Part shown: in pieces, positions 12,507 to 25,857 of the stretch | How the letters are laid out: each line of letters opens with the position of its first letter | Position numbering within the stretch: the stretch's first letter is position 1 | Source of the DNA: Anthoceros angustus | Lineage: Eukaryota > Plantae > Anthocerotophyta | NCBI GenBank assembly: GCA_010909165.1 | Contig: MU008154.1 | Coordinates: 186,001 to 250,000, forward strand | Direction of reading: 5' to 3' | Length of the DNA stretch: 64,000 bases | Position numbers and translations under genes: made by a program | Notes under the pieces: model-generated | The model's database searches: none | What the model was told of the DNA's origin: nothing | What the model saw: only the letters and a program-made list of their open reading frames with translations

Positions 12507-13965
12507 CAGTTGTCTGGGGGCAGTTTCCCAGCTCACACAAGCCCATGATTGGAAGCACTGCCGCGGTGAGTGCCAGCACGCTCTCATCCTTGGTGAAGAC
12601 ATGAGCCCATTTGTGCCGCAGAAGCGTGGTCCAAGTCACGCTCAACATGGCAATCACCAGGGCACATCCAAGAGCGACGAAGGCAGCTATCCTGGCCTTG
12701 GCTGGTCTGTTAGCTCCGAGCTCATTGCCCACCCTTGTGGACACAGAGGCGCTCAGGGTGAAGGGGAGCTGGTACATGAGGGATGTGGTCTGAATTATTA
12801 TGGCTGTGGTCGCAACCGCCACCTGCGGCTTGGGCAGATAGCCCGCCAGAATGGTCATGATCTCATACCACCACCACTCCAAGCATATGGCACAGCAGGT
12901 CGGGAAAGCTAAGCTCAGGAGAGGCCACCATTCCCTGAGCGACTGCAAGGACCATCCATCCCATGTTTTCTTGTAGACGCCGGAGACCCACAGATATCCC
13001 AACGCGAAGAACACCATGTTGAAGTTGGTCCACACAGACGCAATTGCCACCCCGGGCACCCCGAGCTTGAGGAAGAAGACCAGGAAAGCACTGAGCGGAA
13101 CATGGATGAGAACAGCCAAGGCAGAACACCATGTAAGCGGTGTGGTGATCCCCTGGGACCGCAGATATACTCTGAGCGGAAGCAGGATACTGTTGGCCAG
13201 GAGATCTGGCAACGAATAGAGGCAGTAGGTGCTGGCCACTTCCGTGATGCTGGGGTCTTGTCCAAGCGCGAGGAAGATCCTTTTAATGTTCACCCACAGG
13301 AAGGCGATAGGGAGGCAGGCCGAGAGCAACATAAAAATGGTCCGCTGCAGAGTGACTCCAAGGAGGCGCCAGTTCTGAGAGCCGTAGGCCTGGGAGCACA
13401 CAGGATCCATGCCTGAAGCCAGGCCGAAGAGCACCGAGTAGCCTGTTATATTGGTGAAGCCTACTGATAGAGCTCCCCCTGCCAGCTGCAGAGCCCCCAG
13501 CCTTCCCAAGCACAAGACTGATATCATGGTCCTCAGATACACCACGCAGTTCATGGCTGCAACCGGCACCCCGATGCCCGCCAGTTCCTTCAGCTCATCC
13601 AGAATCTGCAACAACGACAACACCAAAACGGTACCACGGGATTCAATGCCTCGCCCTCCGAACCAGCCGGCAGGCAGGCAGGCAGGCAGGCAAATTCAAC
13701 AACAGTCGCAGGATTACGGTACATTGTCAATCCTTGGTTCCGGCCCCGACAATGTTAAGGATTCCGGCGGAAATCTGTGACAAATGAGCAGATTTTGCCT
13801 ACTCCCCCCGGGTGTGAGGAGAGCAAAGCGCAGAAAGTGGCAGCAGAAACGCAAGGCAGGGAAATGCACCTGAATGGGCGTCGGAAGCGAGCGCAAAGCG
13901 TCATACTCCTCCTCCTTCTTGTCGCGAGGCTTGCTGGCAGCTTGCAGATGTTGAGGGTTCCCCAT
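12507..13965 (-). CDS. MATE/DTX transporter, N-terminal ~400 aa (exon 1 13965-13870, exon 2 from 13605); C-terminus displaced
   Basis: ORF 12478-13626 has unmistakable MATE motifs ([43 protein letters not shown]; CLEWWWYEIM; [12 protein letters not shown]). Exon 1 MGNPQHL..PTPIQ|gtgcat splices in phase 0 to ttgcag|ILDELKEL. The reading breaks at NCPQTT at a 9-bp junction (12507). Confidence 0.92.
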
Positions 13966-15763
13966 TCATACGGAACCAGAGCGACGCCAATGACGAGTGT
14001 ATGAATCTTCCAGAAGGAGGCTGAGGACTTGGAGGGTAAGCGCGAGGCACAGACTCCAGACAGGTTCATGAATGGCCGGCAAGGGACCCAGATCCGCAAG
14101 GCTTGCCTCCTACAGGAATGCGGCGAGGCAAGAAGCGCAGGAGATTTGGGAGAGGGAGAAGCAGGAGGGTCCCGGCCTCGGAAGCGAGGTGCGGAGCTGC
14201 AGGCTGGGGCTGGGGCTGGGGCTGGGGCTGGTGCGCGGGGCAGTGCTCATTCTTGAAGAAGGCGCCACGAATGCTTCAATGCTGTCCGTCGTGCAGCGGG
14301 TGCAGGGCAATAAGAGATTGAGAAGCGGAGCTGGCTGAAAGAGGAGAGGAGTGCACGCACATCTGCTGCTGCTCAGCCTTTTACACACACAACAGAGATA
14401 AACCACAGCAAGAGACAGGACAGGTGAGCAGAGAGAGTCCGGGGCGGTACAAGGCCAGAGTCCGGAGTCCACTCCACTCCACTCCAGGCCAGGCCAGCCG
14501 GGGACGGTGTAGCAGACGGAAAGCCAGAGCCGGATGGGACAAAGCGGATAAAGAGGCGGAGCAGGCCATGGCAGGCTCAGGATGAGGAGGAGCATGCATC
14601 CCGATTTCACTTGGCTCTCATCATGCCTTGGGCTTACATTTGTACAAAAGAGCGTGCATCTGTGGATGCAGAGATGCATCTCTGGATACGTATGTACACA
14701 TCACTCTCTGCCCTGCGGGATGTATGTAGATCCTGTATGCTTCGTCGGCCATGGCGGTGATTATCCTGGGGTCCCAGTCAAGTTGCTGCTCCCTGGGAAC
14801 ATGGGCCTTGCCTGTACAAAGGGACAAAGGGAGGGAGAAAAAAAGAAGACGGAAAGCAGTGGAGCAATTCACTTCGCCAATTTAATGCTGATCCAGAGCA
14901 GGCCTCAGCTCATGAGCTCCGCTTTCCCGGAGTTGCAGTACAGATTCCAGGCAGGCAAAAGAACGGCTATCGATAAAGCCTCGAGCTGCAGCGGCAAGGC
15001 GAGGCGGGACTGGGACTGAGAGGAGGCCTTACAATTCATCATTGTACAGGGCCGGGCCATGTAGGCGTCATTACAGTCTTTTTGCATCACACACACGCGC
15101 ACGCAGACTCGCATAAATTTAAGGTCAGCCAGCCAGCAGCCCAACAGGGTCCACACAAGTTCACAACCAACAGCAGTTGTGTTGCTGCCGCAGCTGCATA
15201 TGCATGGGCTCCGGCCTCCAGGTCCAGGTCAGATCACCCCATTAACGAATTTGATGCCTTCCGAGCAGGTACAGGGTGACTGAATCAACAGTTATTCACC
15301 TTCTTTGATATGCATTTGGCGTACCAAAGTACCGAGTTGAGCATACCGTCTGTACGTCCAGGGCTTCTCAGTTGTGGGCCATGACCGTCACGTGAACCAT
15401 TGGCTTTTATTGCATACATTTCTTATGACACACATCGCAGGGAATGGGAAAGACATCTCCAGCTTCCCAATGTCAACAAACACTTGATGCACTCCTGCCC
15501 TGCCCTGCCCTGCCCTGCCCTGCCCTGCCTTGCTTGTAGCCTGCCTGATTAACGCAACCAGCAAGCAAAGAGGAGCTGCAAGTAGCCTTGCCTGAAGGAA
15601 GCACCATCCTGGAAAGAGGTGGGGGCCAGGCTGAGGTTTACGTGGAGCTTGACAGTTTATGACTCCATTTACATACCATTGACTAAGTTGACTTGCCACC
15701 ACCAGCCCAGACGCAGCTCCAGCGGCAGCGTGCTCCGCGCTGCGCATACGGCAGAGGGCGAGC

Positions 15764-15764
15764 T

Positions 15765-15805
<41 letters not shown>

Positions 15806-15975
15806 GAGCTCCCCTTTTCCAGATTCCTTCCTTACCCCTTCCTCCTTCCTTCCTCGTCAAATCGGCAGAGCGGCCAGAGGACGGTGGCGGGAGGCGAGGC
15901 GGAGAGGCGCAGCGAGGCGAGGCGAGGCGACGCGAGGCGAGGGCGAGGGCGAGGCGAGGCGAGGCGAGGCGAGGC
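15764..15975. repeat. GC-rich simple repeats (GGAGCC)n and (GAGGC)n
   Basis: ggagccggagcc... at ~15764-15805 and gaggcgaggcg... at ~15895-15975. Related (CCCTG)n tracts occur at ~15497, 17726, 19615 and 22315. Confidence 0.85.
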
Positions 15976-18900
15976 GGGCGGGAAGAAGGCGGAGGGAAGC
16001 GGGCGGCCGGGAACAAGACGGTGGAGATAGAGCCGCGCTTTAAAGCCAGAGCTTGGCGAGAAGCGCGAGACGTCTCAGACGGGAGGATACAGGAAGAGAC
16101 GGAAGGGGACTCGAGAGACGCGAGAGACGCAGGAGACGCCACTCTGGAGAGAGACGAGGAGCGGAATGAAGGGGAGGTTTGCAGCAACTGCAACGCTTGC
16201 ACCGCATGCGCTGCCTTCGATAGCACTTCACTGCCTTGCCTTGGTGCAACGTGCAACAAGCAAGGTGAACGGACAATAGCGGTACACAACTATGTACATA
16301 CCACATGAATGTATGTATGTGCATACTTGTACAACGTGTCCATGCTTTCTTCCATATCCCTTCCCTTTTGCCTGCTGGTGCACGTGATGCAGTGGTTCGG
16401 TTTCATCCATGTGCTGCGTGTGCCCACCTCAGCCCTTGGAAGCATCGCCATGCTTTCGTTATGAAGGCGACGCCTGGCGGTGGGTGGACCCTCTTCCCTC
16501 TTCTCTTCCCTCTTTCTCCGGGCCTTGAATCTCTTCCTTTCCAGCTTTTGTTGCTGTAATCTTGTGATTTATTACTGCTTGTATGGTAAGAAACCGCTCC
16601 GCAGATTGCAAGAGAAAAGCTGCAGAGCCAACAGTCTCCATTGGCTTGGACAAAGGCGGTCAGGTTCTATCCTGGGCTCTCTCTCACACTGCTCTTCTTT
16701 CTCCTTCTTTTGTAAAACCACTATTGGTCTCTGCGTGCTGCTGCTGAATCGAGTGCTCTGGCACACAGGGGCTGGGCTGGCTGCTTTCGTTTGATTTGGG
16801 GGCAGACAAAAGCATGAGGCGAGGGTGATTCCTGGAAGGTCCTCAGGGGTTGCCCACTCCATGGATCTGCCCCGGTGGGAATGTGGATTATGGCGCAGTA
16901 GGTGGGCGGAATTAGACTGGCGGCCCAAAGCTGGCCGCAGGATTACAAAGGCTTGTGGGTGTGTGTGTGTGTGTGGGTACCGGTGGGACCGGTGCATTTT
17001 AGAATACATGCTGCAACACGCAAGTTGCAGCAAGGCACGCACATCAGGCAGCTTGTTGAACCCAGATGCCCCTGCGCATTACAGGACAAGTCGGGTGTCA
17101 CTGTGCAGATACCTTGCAGCTGCAGCAGGCTGCTGGGCTGCACCTTGATGTGGGCTTTGTTTTTCCTCGCTTCCAGCATTGATTGGCACACTGCTACGGC
17201 GCTAACTGCACAGTAGCCAGATTTGGGATGTCTGCTGACGTGTGGGCTTTGATGGATGGAATGTTGGTTGCCTTGATTCGTGAATCAACAAAGATCAAGC
17301 CCTGTAAAGGATACCACTGTGTGTGGTGAGCGTGGCCTGGCCTGACAAATGGAGCAGCCATGCCAGCAGCCCAACAGGGTCCACACAAGTTCACAACCAA
17401 CAGCAGTTGTGTTGCTGCCGCAGCTGCATATGCATGGGCTCCGGCCTCCAGGTCCAGGTCAGATCACCCCATTAACGAATTTGATGCCTTCCGAGCAGGT
17501 ACAGGGTGACTGAATCAACAGTTATTCACCTTCTTTGATATGCATTTGGCGTACCAAAGTACCGAGTTGAGCATACCGTCTGTACGTCCAGGGCTTCTCA
17601 GTTGTGGGCCATGACCGTCACGTGAACCATTGGCTTTTATTGCATACATTTCTTATGACACACATCGCAGGGAATGGGAAAGACATCTCCAGCTTCCCAA
17701 TGTCAACAAACACTTGATGCACTCCTGCCCTGCCCTGCCCTGCCCTGCCCTGCCCTGCCTTGCTTGTAGCCTGCCTGATTAACGCAACCAGCAAGCAAAG
17801 AGGAGCTGCAAGTAGCCTTGCCTGAAGGAAGCGGGACTGGAAATAACCCACACGCGCACAAAGCGATGTCGCGCCTTCCTTCTCTCTCTAAGGGGCTCCG
17901 AGGAGAGGGGGCAGCAGGATGGCGGAATGCGGGGCGTCAGGAGCCGGGAGTCAGGACAAAACGAGAAGGACTCCGGACTCCGGAGCCCTGCAAAGCGCAC
18001 AGGCAGTCAGATTTGTGCTGTCCAGACACGTGTCCACCCAGGGTATGTACATATGTACGTAGGTATGTATGTATGTATGTATCCATGTTCTGTACGTGTC
18101 TGTTCTGTGTACAGGATGTGGATCATGCTCAGGCTTTCTATGTCAAAGAGGAGTTAGGTTTGGAGGCAGCTGGGAGGCGTCCTGTCCCCGGTGTCGCAGT
18201 CGCCACCCTGGATCCAAGCCCGGCCACGGCAACGTAGGGCTGGGGCCTGGGGGCACATCACCGACACCCTTCCCTCGACAGGGGGAAGCACAGTTGTCTC
18301 GTGTAGCCTCTGCGCCACAGTTGTCCTGTCTTGGGATTTCCAAGGGAGATTCTTATGCCCCGCCGGGTTCCTTTTCGAGTTTTGTGGCCCTTTCATATTC
18401 GTATTTGCAGCTTCATGGGAGATGGGAGATGGGAGATGGGAGTGGGCGGCAATGGTCTGCCTGCATGCGTGTAGGGTTTGGCGTGATATTTACATGTCAG
18501 GCTTGCCGGCAGCACACGCCAGGGGCGGCGAGGGCAGGGGGATGCATGGATCATCCAATGGCAATGCAATGCAACGCCGTTGGGTGTTACCGCTGGCTGT
18601 CATCTTGGATTAGGTCTTGGAGCTTAGGTATGTACATACAGTGTGTCTATGGATGTTGCTCTGGACATGCATGGATGGTGCCAGAAGGCTGCAGAGCTAC
18701 ATATGGCAGGCGGGTACAATTTCCTCCTTTTGCTGCCGTTACGGCTCCAGAAGATATGATCCTCTGTCGCCTTCTGACGTCGGAGCAGGCCATGGCAGGC
18801 TCGGGATGAGGAGGAGCATGCATCCCGATTTCACTTGGCTCTCATCATGCCTTGGGCTTACATTTGTACAAAAGAGCGTGCATCTGTGGATGCAGAGATG

Positions 18901-21900
18901 CATCTCTGGATACGTATGTACACATCACTCTCTGCCCTGCGGGATGTATGTAGATCCTGTATGCTTCGTCGGCCATGGCGGTGATTATCCTGGGGTCCCA
19001 GTCAAGTTGCTGCTCCCTGGGAACATGGGCCTTGCCTGTACAAAGGGACAAAGGGAGGGATGTATATTGTATGCATATTTGTGTAGACGGGGAACAGTAT
19101 GTCGGGGGCGAGCCGGCTGCCCTCGTGTTGTGAACAGCGCATGCAGCGGCAAGGCGTGGTGGGGACGGGGGAAGGGGCGAGGGGATTGGGGGCAGCAAAG
19201 TCTTTGTTGATGGGTGGACTGGACGGGACTGGCCTGGACTGGCCAGGCCTGGTGACAGGATGACACACAAGTTGGCCGAGGGCAGTAGTTCAGCACTAGC
19301 GTACCACCAACTGGCCACCTCTGCTTGCACTTCCAGCGGGAATCCCAACATTGTTTCTATTCGGATATTGACGAATATAAAGGAGCAGGTACAGGGTGAC
19401 TGAATCAACAGTTATTCACCTTCTTTGATATGCATTTGGCGTACCAAAGTACCGAGTTGAGCATACCGTCTGTACGTCCAGGGCTTCTCAGTTGTGGGCC
19501 ATGACCGTCACGTGAACCATTTGGCTTTTATTGCATACATTTCTTATGACACACATCGCAGGGAATGGGAAAGACATCTCCAGCTTCCCAATGTCAACAA
19601 ACACTTGATGCACTCCCTGCCCTGCCCTGCCCTGCCCTGCCCTGCCCTGCCTTGCTTGTAGCCTGCCTGATTAACGCAACCAGCAAGCAAAGAGAGCTAC
19701 ACAAGCGAAGTAGCCTTGCCTGAAGGAAGCACCATCCTGGAAAGAGGTGGGGGGGGGCCGGGCTCCGAGGTTTACGTGGAGCTTGACAGTTTATGACTCC
19801 ATTTACATACCATTGACTAAGTTGACTTGCCACCACCCAGAACAATATGCTGTTGTTGTTGTCGATGGTGTGGTGATGAAGCAGATTTACAGGAACCGAC
19901 CGGCGACATGTTTGTTTCCTCATGAAGAGCACGCCAACACACATAAACAGCATGGGCTTGTTATGTTGTAGCTACGATCATGTAATGCTTGCTGCAGGAT
20001 ATGGTCTCCGACTGGATATCTGAGTAGGAGAATATTTGCCCTTGCCCTGTTGTGGTCCCCTTGTTCAATGTGTCGTGGGCACCAGCATCCAGCTTGGTGA
20101 TGTAACATGGCTGTACCCGCAAGCACCCAAAATATGGTAAAAGGGTTCGGTGCTAGCTAGACATTCTCGGATTTCGTTTCTAACAGTCTGTTTCCACGAA
20201 TCTAAAGGGGACAGGTATTGCAGTAGTACGCATATCTATGTTGGGCCTTGGCCCTTGGCCCTGGGCATGTGTGTGTACATGGATGTGGAACATGCTCAGG
20301 CTTTCTATGTCAAAAGAGGAGTTAGGTTTGGAGGCTTGGAGGCTTGGACTCTTTGGAATTCCAACGCCAGCCCAGCCAGCCGGCGGGCCATGCCCCATAT
20401 CTACCCATATCACCGCATTCGCTCTTCTGGACCCGGCTCCCAGTTGCCAGCCACTGTTAGGTAAGCCAGTTGAGGTGACAAATTACGGAGCTTGTTAGAA
20501 TCTGGCATTGTTCGGACTCCGCTGCTGCCATCATGGCATGTGACGCACCCACAGGCACTTGTAGGCAACCTGTGCTGGGGGGTGACAGGCTCCAACGCAT
20601 CCTGGATGCATTTATGGTGATAAGTCAGGTATGTTATGTAAGCAAGCAAGCTGGGTCCTTCACGCATGCCTGCAGAATCTCATCACGCCGTTGCCCATCT
20701 GGTCCTTGCCATTTGACCGCCTAATAAAAGGTTTGCAGCAACTGCAACGCTTGCACCGCATGCGCTGCCTTCGATAGCACTTCACTGCCTTGCCTTGGTG
20801 CAACGTGCAACAAGCAAGGTGAACGGACAGCTAGCGGTACACAACTATGTACATACCACATGAATGTATGTATGTGCATACTTGTACAACGTGTCCATGC
20901 TTTCTTCCATATCCCTTCCCTTTTGCCTGCTGGTGCACGTGATGCAGTGGTTCGGTTTCATCCATGTGCTGCGTGTGCCCACCTCAGCCCTTGGAAGCAT
21001 CGCCATGCTTTCGTTATGAAGGCGACGCCTGGCGGTGGGTGGACCCTCTTCCCTCTTCTCTTCCCTCTTTCTCCGGGCCTTGAATCTCTTCCTTTCCAGC
21101 TTTTGTTGCTGTAATCTTGTGATTTATTACTGCTTGTATGGTAAGAAACCGCTCCCGCAGATTGCAAGAGAAAAAGCTGCAGAGCCAACGGTCTCCATTG
21201 GCTTGGACAAAGGCGGTCAGGTTCTATCCTGGGCTCTCTCTCACGCACTGCTCTTCTTTCTCCTTCTTTTTGTAAAACCACTATTGGTCTCTGCGTGTGC
21301 TGCTGCTGAATCGAGTGCTCTGGCACACAGGGGGCTGGGCTGGCTGCTTTCGTTTGATTTGGGGGCAGACAAAAGCATGAGGCGAGGGGTGATTCCTGGA
21401 AGGTCCTCAGGGGTTGCCCCACTCCATGGATCTGCCCCGGTGGGAATGTGGATTATGGCGCAGTAGGTGGGCGGAAATTAGACTGGCGGCCCAAAGCTGG
21501 CCGCGGGATTACAAAGGCTTGTGGGTGTGTGTGTGTGTGTGCGTGTGGGTACCGGTGGGACCGGTGCATTTTTAGAATACATGCTGCAACACGCAAGTTG
21601 CAGCAAGGCACGCACATCAGGCAGCTTGTTGAACCCAGATGCCCCTGCGCATTACAGGACAAGTCGGGTGTCACTGTGCAGATACCTTGCAGCTGCAGCA
21701 GGCTGCTGGGCGTGGCTGCACCTTGATGTGGGCTTTGTTTTTTCCCTCGCTTCCAGCATTGATTGGCACTTGGCTACGGCGCTAACTGCACAGTAGCCAG
21801 ATTTGGGATGTCTGCTGACGTGTGGGCTTTGATGGATGGAATGTTGGTTGCCTTGATTCGTGAATCAACAAAGATCAAGCCCTGTAAAAGGATACCACTG

Positions 21901-24778
21901 TGTGTGGTGAGAGCGTGGCCTGGCCTGACAAATGGAGCAGCCATGCCAGCAGCCCAACAGGGTCCACACAAGTTCACAACCAACAGCAGTTGTGTTGCTG
22001 CCGCAGCTGCATATGCATGGGCTCCGGCCTCCAGGTCCAGGTCAGATCACCCCATTAACGAATTTGATGCCTTCCGAGAGCAGGTACAGGGTGACTGAAT
22101 CAACAGTTATTCACCTTCTTTGATATGCATTTGGCGTACCAAAGTACCGAGTTGAGCATACCGTCTGTACTTACGTCCAGGGCTTCTCTCAGTTGTGGGC
22201 CATGACCGTCACGTGAACCATTTGGCTTTTATTGCATACATTTCTTATGACACACATCGCAGGGAATGGGAAAGACATCTCCAGCTTCCCAATGTCAACA
22301 AACACTTGATGCACTCCCTGCCCTGCCCTGCCCTGCCCTGCCCTGCCTTGCTTGTAGCCTGCCTGATTAACGCAACCAGCAAGCAAAGAGAGCTACACAA
22401 GCGAAGTAGCCTTGCCTGAAGGAAGCACCATCCTGGAAAGAGGTGGGGGGGGGCCGGGCTCCGAGGTTTACGTGGAGCTTGACAGTTTATGACTCCATTT
22501 ACATACCATTGACTAAGTTGACTTGCCACCACCCAGAACAATATGCTGTTGTTGTTGTCGATGGTGTGGTGATGAAGCAGATTTACAGGAACCGACCGGC
22601 GACATGTTTGTTTCCTCATGAAGAGCACGCCAACACCAACACACATAAACAGCATGGGCTTGTTATGTTGTAGCTACGATCATGTAATGCTTGCTGCAGG
22701 ATATGGTCTCCGACTGGATATCTGAGTAGGAGAATATTTGCCCTTGCCCTGTTGTGGTCCCCTTGTTCAATGTGTCGTGGGCACCAGCATCCAGCTTGGT
22801 GATGTAACATGGCTGTACCCGCAAGCACCCAAAATATGGTAAAAGGGTTCGGTGCTAGCTAGACATTCTCGGATTTCGTTTCTAACAGTCTGTTTCCACG
22901 AATCTAAAGGGGACAGGTATTGCAGTAGTACGCATATCTATGTTGGGCCTTGGCCCCTTGGCCCTGGGCATGTGTGTGTGTACATGGATGTGGAACATGC
23001 TCGGGCTTTCTATGTCAAAAGAGGAGTTAGGTTTGGAGGCTTGGAGGCTTGGACTCTTTGGAGCCATGCCTGCCTTGCCTGTGTGGCCTGACTGCCTGAC
23101 AAAGCTACCGCCACCGAGGAGAGATGGCTGGAGCCGGAGGCGAAGCCGGAGCAAGACAAGTTGGCAGCTGTGAGATGCACACATTTCCACTCACTTTACA
23201 GTTGGTTTCCCGGTAGCAAAGGACACCTGCTGTGCAGCTTTTCCGAGCACCAGGCCTTTGGCAGAAATTCAACACACCCAGCCCAGTATTCCTTCCTTTG
23301 ATGCACCTGACTGCCAGGCAAGCTCACCTCCATGGACAAGCATCATGGTCAAGACAGCCCTAAGATTCCTCTCAACCTCGTGGCTGGAAAATATATTATT
23401 TAGTGACACTAAATTCAAGAATATCAAAACAATTGGAATACATAAAGTGGTACAATAAAATGAGCTGGTACTTATCATGTATCATCGTGGTTGTGATGCA
23501 CACGCTTTGAGTTACCATGGTTGGGCATAGTCCATGGAACTGGATGCTCGCAGGACATGCACAGGGAAGGGGCCTGTTCCAGAACTGCACACCTACCTAC
23601 TACATATGCCCTGGGGCCATGTCCAGCCCCTCTCGAGGTGCGTGATCCCAGGCTGCTCTTCCTTTTGTGCATACCACGTGCAGGCCTCCCTAACTGCTCC
23701 TGCTCCTGCTCCTGCTTCTGTATCTGCATATGCTTCTGCATCCGCGGCTGCGGTCTAGCACACAGCAGAGGATCCAGCTCTCAGGTACTACTGTTTACTG
23801 TCTTGCATTGCAGCAGGGACCAAAGTTCCAAACCCTTTGGTTGGCTCAACACCGATCACACAAGCAAGCCATAGGCAGATAACATCCCAGCTATCATCCC
23901 TCCCCCTCCTCCAGGTGGCACCACATCCCAGCTATCATCCCTCCTCCTCCTCCAGGTGGCACCACATCCGTCACTGGAAGCATGGAATAGAGTCCAGGCC
24001 AACAGTCATGACTGCCTTCAGATCGCCGCCCCACGCAATAGTTTACTCATTCCCCGATTGCAGATCTGCTTTACGCTGTACTGCAATGACATTGTGTGGC
24101 CTCTCGCAGAAATACGAAGGACATAGCTGACAAAGCTCAACGCTCTAGAGAGAGCCTGCCTGTCAGGGCAGCCGCTTTGCTGTGCTGTTCTCTAGACTGC
24201 TCTGCTGTGGCCTACCCTGTGCACGGTGATGAGAGCCTGCCCTGCCCTGGCCTGCCCTGCTCGGCTCATGCTGTGCTGGGGGCGTGCTTTTCTTCCGACA
24301 AAAGTGGTCCAGTCGAAGCAAAGGCCAAGCCCAGCACCAGCCCACGCAAGCAAATCCTTCCTTGCTACTCATCCGGATCCTAAGTCCTGCCCCTCCTACA
24401 CTAATCACAAGCCGGTCAGCCAGAGTCTTTGACCCTCAAGGACACACTAATCACCACCCCTTTGTATTCTATCCGACGACCGCAGCTCCCCAAGGGGGAC
24501 CACACACCTTTCGTTGCCTGTACTTTCCTAGAAGCCAGCGAGCTGCTTGTCTTCCCCACAAAGGTGACCAGTGGCCTTTTTTACTGCGATCACGCCTTTG
24601 CTCTCCATTATTGTGCCCTCAATCCTCGACGTACGCAAGTACAGCATGGTGTTGGACTGGGCTGAACTAGACTGCACTGGTCACTGATGAGCACTGGTAT
24701 GCCTGTAACTGAAAACCGGCTGACTCCGTCCACTGCTGTTTGTTCTCCTTGTGCTCCTCCTCTTATCAGGCATTGCAG

Positions 24779-24869
24779 GAGCAACAGCTACTGGGAAGGA
24801 AGGCTTGTTGCTCCTCGCCAGAGCAACAGCTACTGGGAAGGAAGGCTTGTTGCTCCTCGCCAGAGCAAC
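24779..24869. repeat. 42-bp tandem repeat, ~2.2 copies
   Basis: gagcaacagctactgggaaggaaggcttgttgctcctcgcca repeated exactly twice, plus a partial copy. Confidence 0.9.
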
Positions 24870-25857
24870 GCACTGGGAGGAAAACGTAGATGAGACATGT
24901 ATCTATCTGCCTGCACACTACGTAGAACTTACTGCTTGATGTTGCAACCAACTACCCACAAAGGAGGAGTGCCCTGTCGAGTAGAAAGAAAAGGTTATCC
25001 GAGGACAGATGCGGATCAGGTCCCCTGAGGTCAGTGAAACCGGCGCCCGCGCCGGCTTCAAACCTCATCTTGTCGTAACAGCACATGCCGGCTTCAATGT
25101 TGCATCTGTCCGTGACAAAGCATCAGATTCTGTGACGTGATGATCCCACTTCTCATTAGCGGAGTGCTGTTCATGCTGTTTGGCACCGGCCCCAACTCCC
25201 AAGTTCCAACAGGCGTGCTTCGGCAGGAAGGTTGTGTAGACGACCGACGAATAGGCATCCACCGTTCCATTTGCAAGTGAAACGATGTGGGTCCTGGGAA
25301 CCTTCACAACGAGGGAAGTGTTTGCCTGTCAAACACTTTGTCTGAAAGCAGCCATGGGGACAACCGTGTTCTTCTCAACCTCTGAGAGGTGGTTAATTTG
25401 GACTTGGTCTCTGCTCTAAGCCACCCAAACGGAATCGACTTTCGTCCTCTGATGCACAGGAGCGAGGCCAGTCCAGGTCAAGGCAAAGGCCCTTGCCTTG
25501 AAGTCGGGCACCATGGGCCCAGGCTCCTAAAAGGCGCACCTGCCAGAAGCTTTAGCCCCGTGTATGACCTTCAGTATACAATGAGCAAATGACATAAAGA
25601 CTCATCCTTTCCTTAACACCCTTGTCGACAGGAGGTCACAAGACCACATAGTGCTGTGTTCAACTTCAGTCATCGATGGCCCATCCCTAGCCCCTCTGCG
25701 GTCGAAGCTGCAAACAAAAACATCCACGTGCACTTGCAAGTCAGTTCTGGGCCGGGTTGCTATCTCAAACTTGGAAATGATCAAGAGAAGCTTACAAGGT
25801 AAACAAGTCGGCAGACAGAAGATGACCTGCTAACAATTTCGGACATCTGTGCGCAAC

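Larger units (their letters stand above)
10498..23060. repeat. Mosaic of locally re-copied non-coding segments
   Basis: Examples: 10498-11080 ~ 11967-12515 ~ 17824-18300; 14560-14830 ~ 18785-19050; 15130-15700 ~ 17365-17830 ~ 19380-19840 ~ 21945-22540; 16175-17830 ~ 20728-22420; 19380-20365 ~ 22080-23060. All are in direct orientation. Coordinates are approximate. Confidence 0.85.

Noticed and set aside
10506-12507. Apparent intron or transposon inserted in MATE at QTT|GCG
   Set aside because: No GT-AG ends, TIRs or TSD; each side is explained by a separate 9-bp overlap with sequence found elsewhere.
10163-12912. Several 180-270 aa ORFs mixing MATE peptides with novel sequence
   Set aside because: Translations across microhomology junctions into non-coding DNA, not credible fusion proteins without transcript evidence.
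15619-16308. Long ORFs on both strands (229 aa, 206 aa) with PEPEPE/RREAR runs
   Set aside because: Caused by GC-rich simple repeats, and they span chimeric junctions.
23396-23412. Resemblance to the SP6 promoter (atttagtgacacta)
   Set aside because: Gapped partial match inside a short palindrome; no other vector sequence nearby.
25065-25800. Exon-like minus-strand segments downstream of bL17
   Set aside because: Could not be joined into a coherent or recognisable protein.
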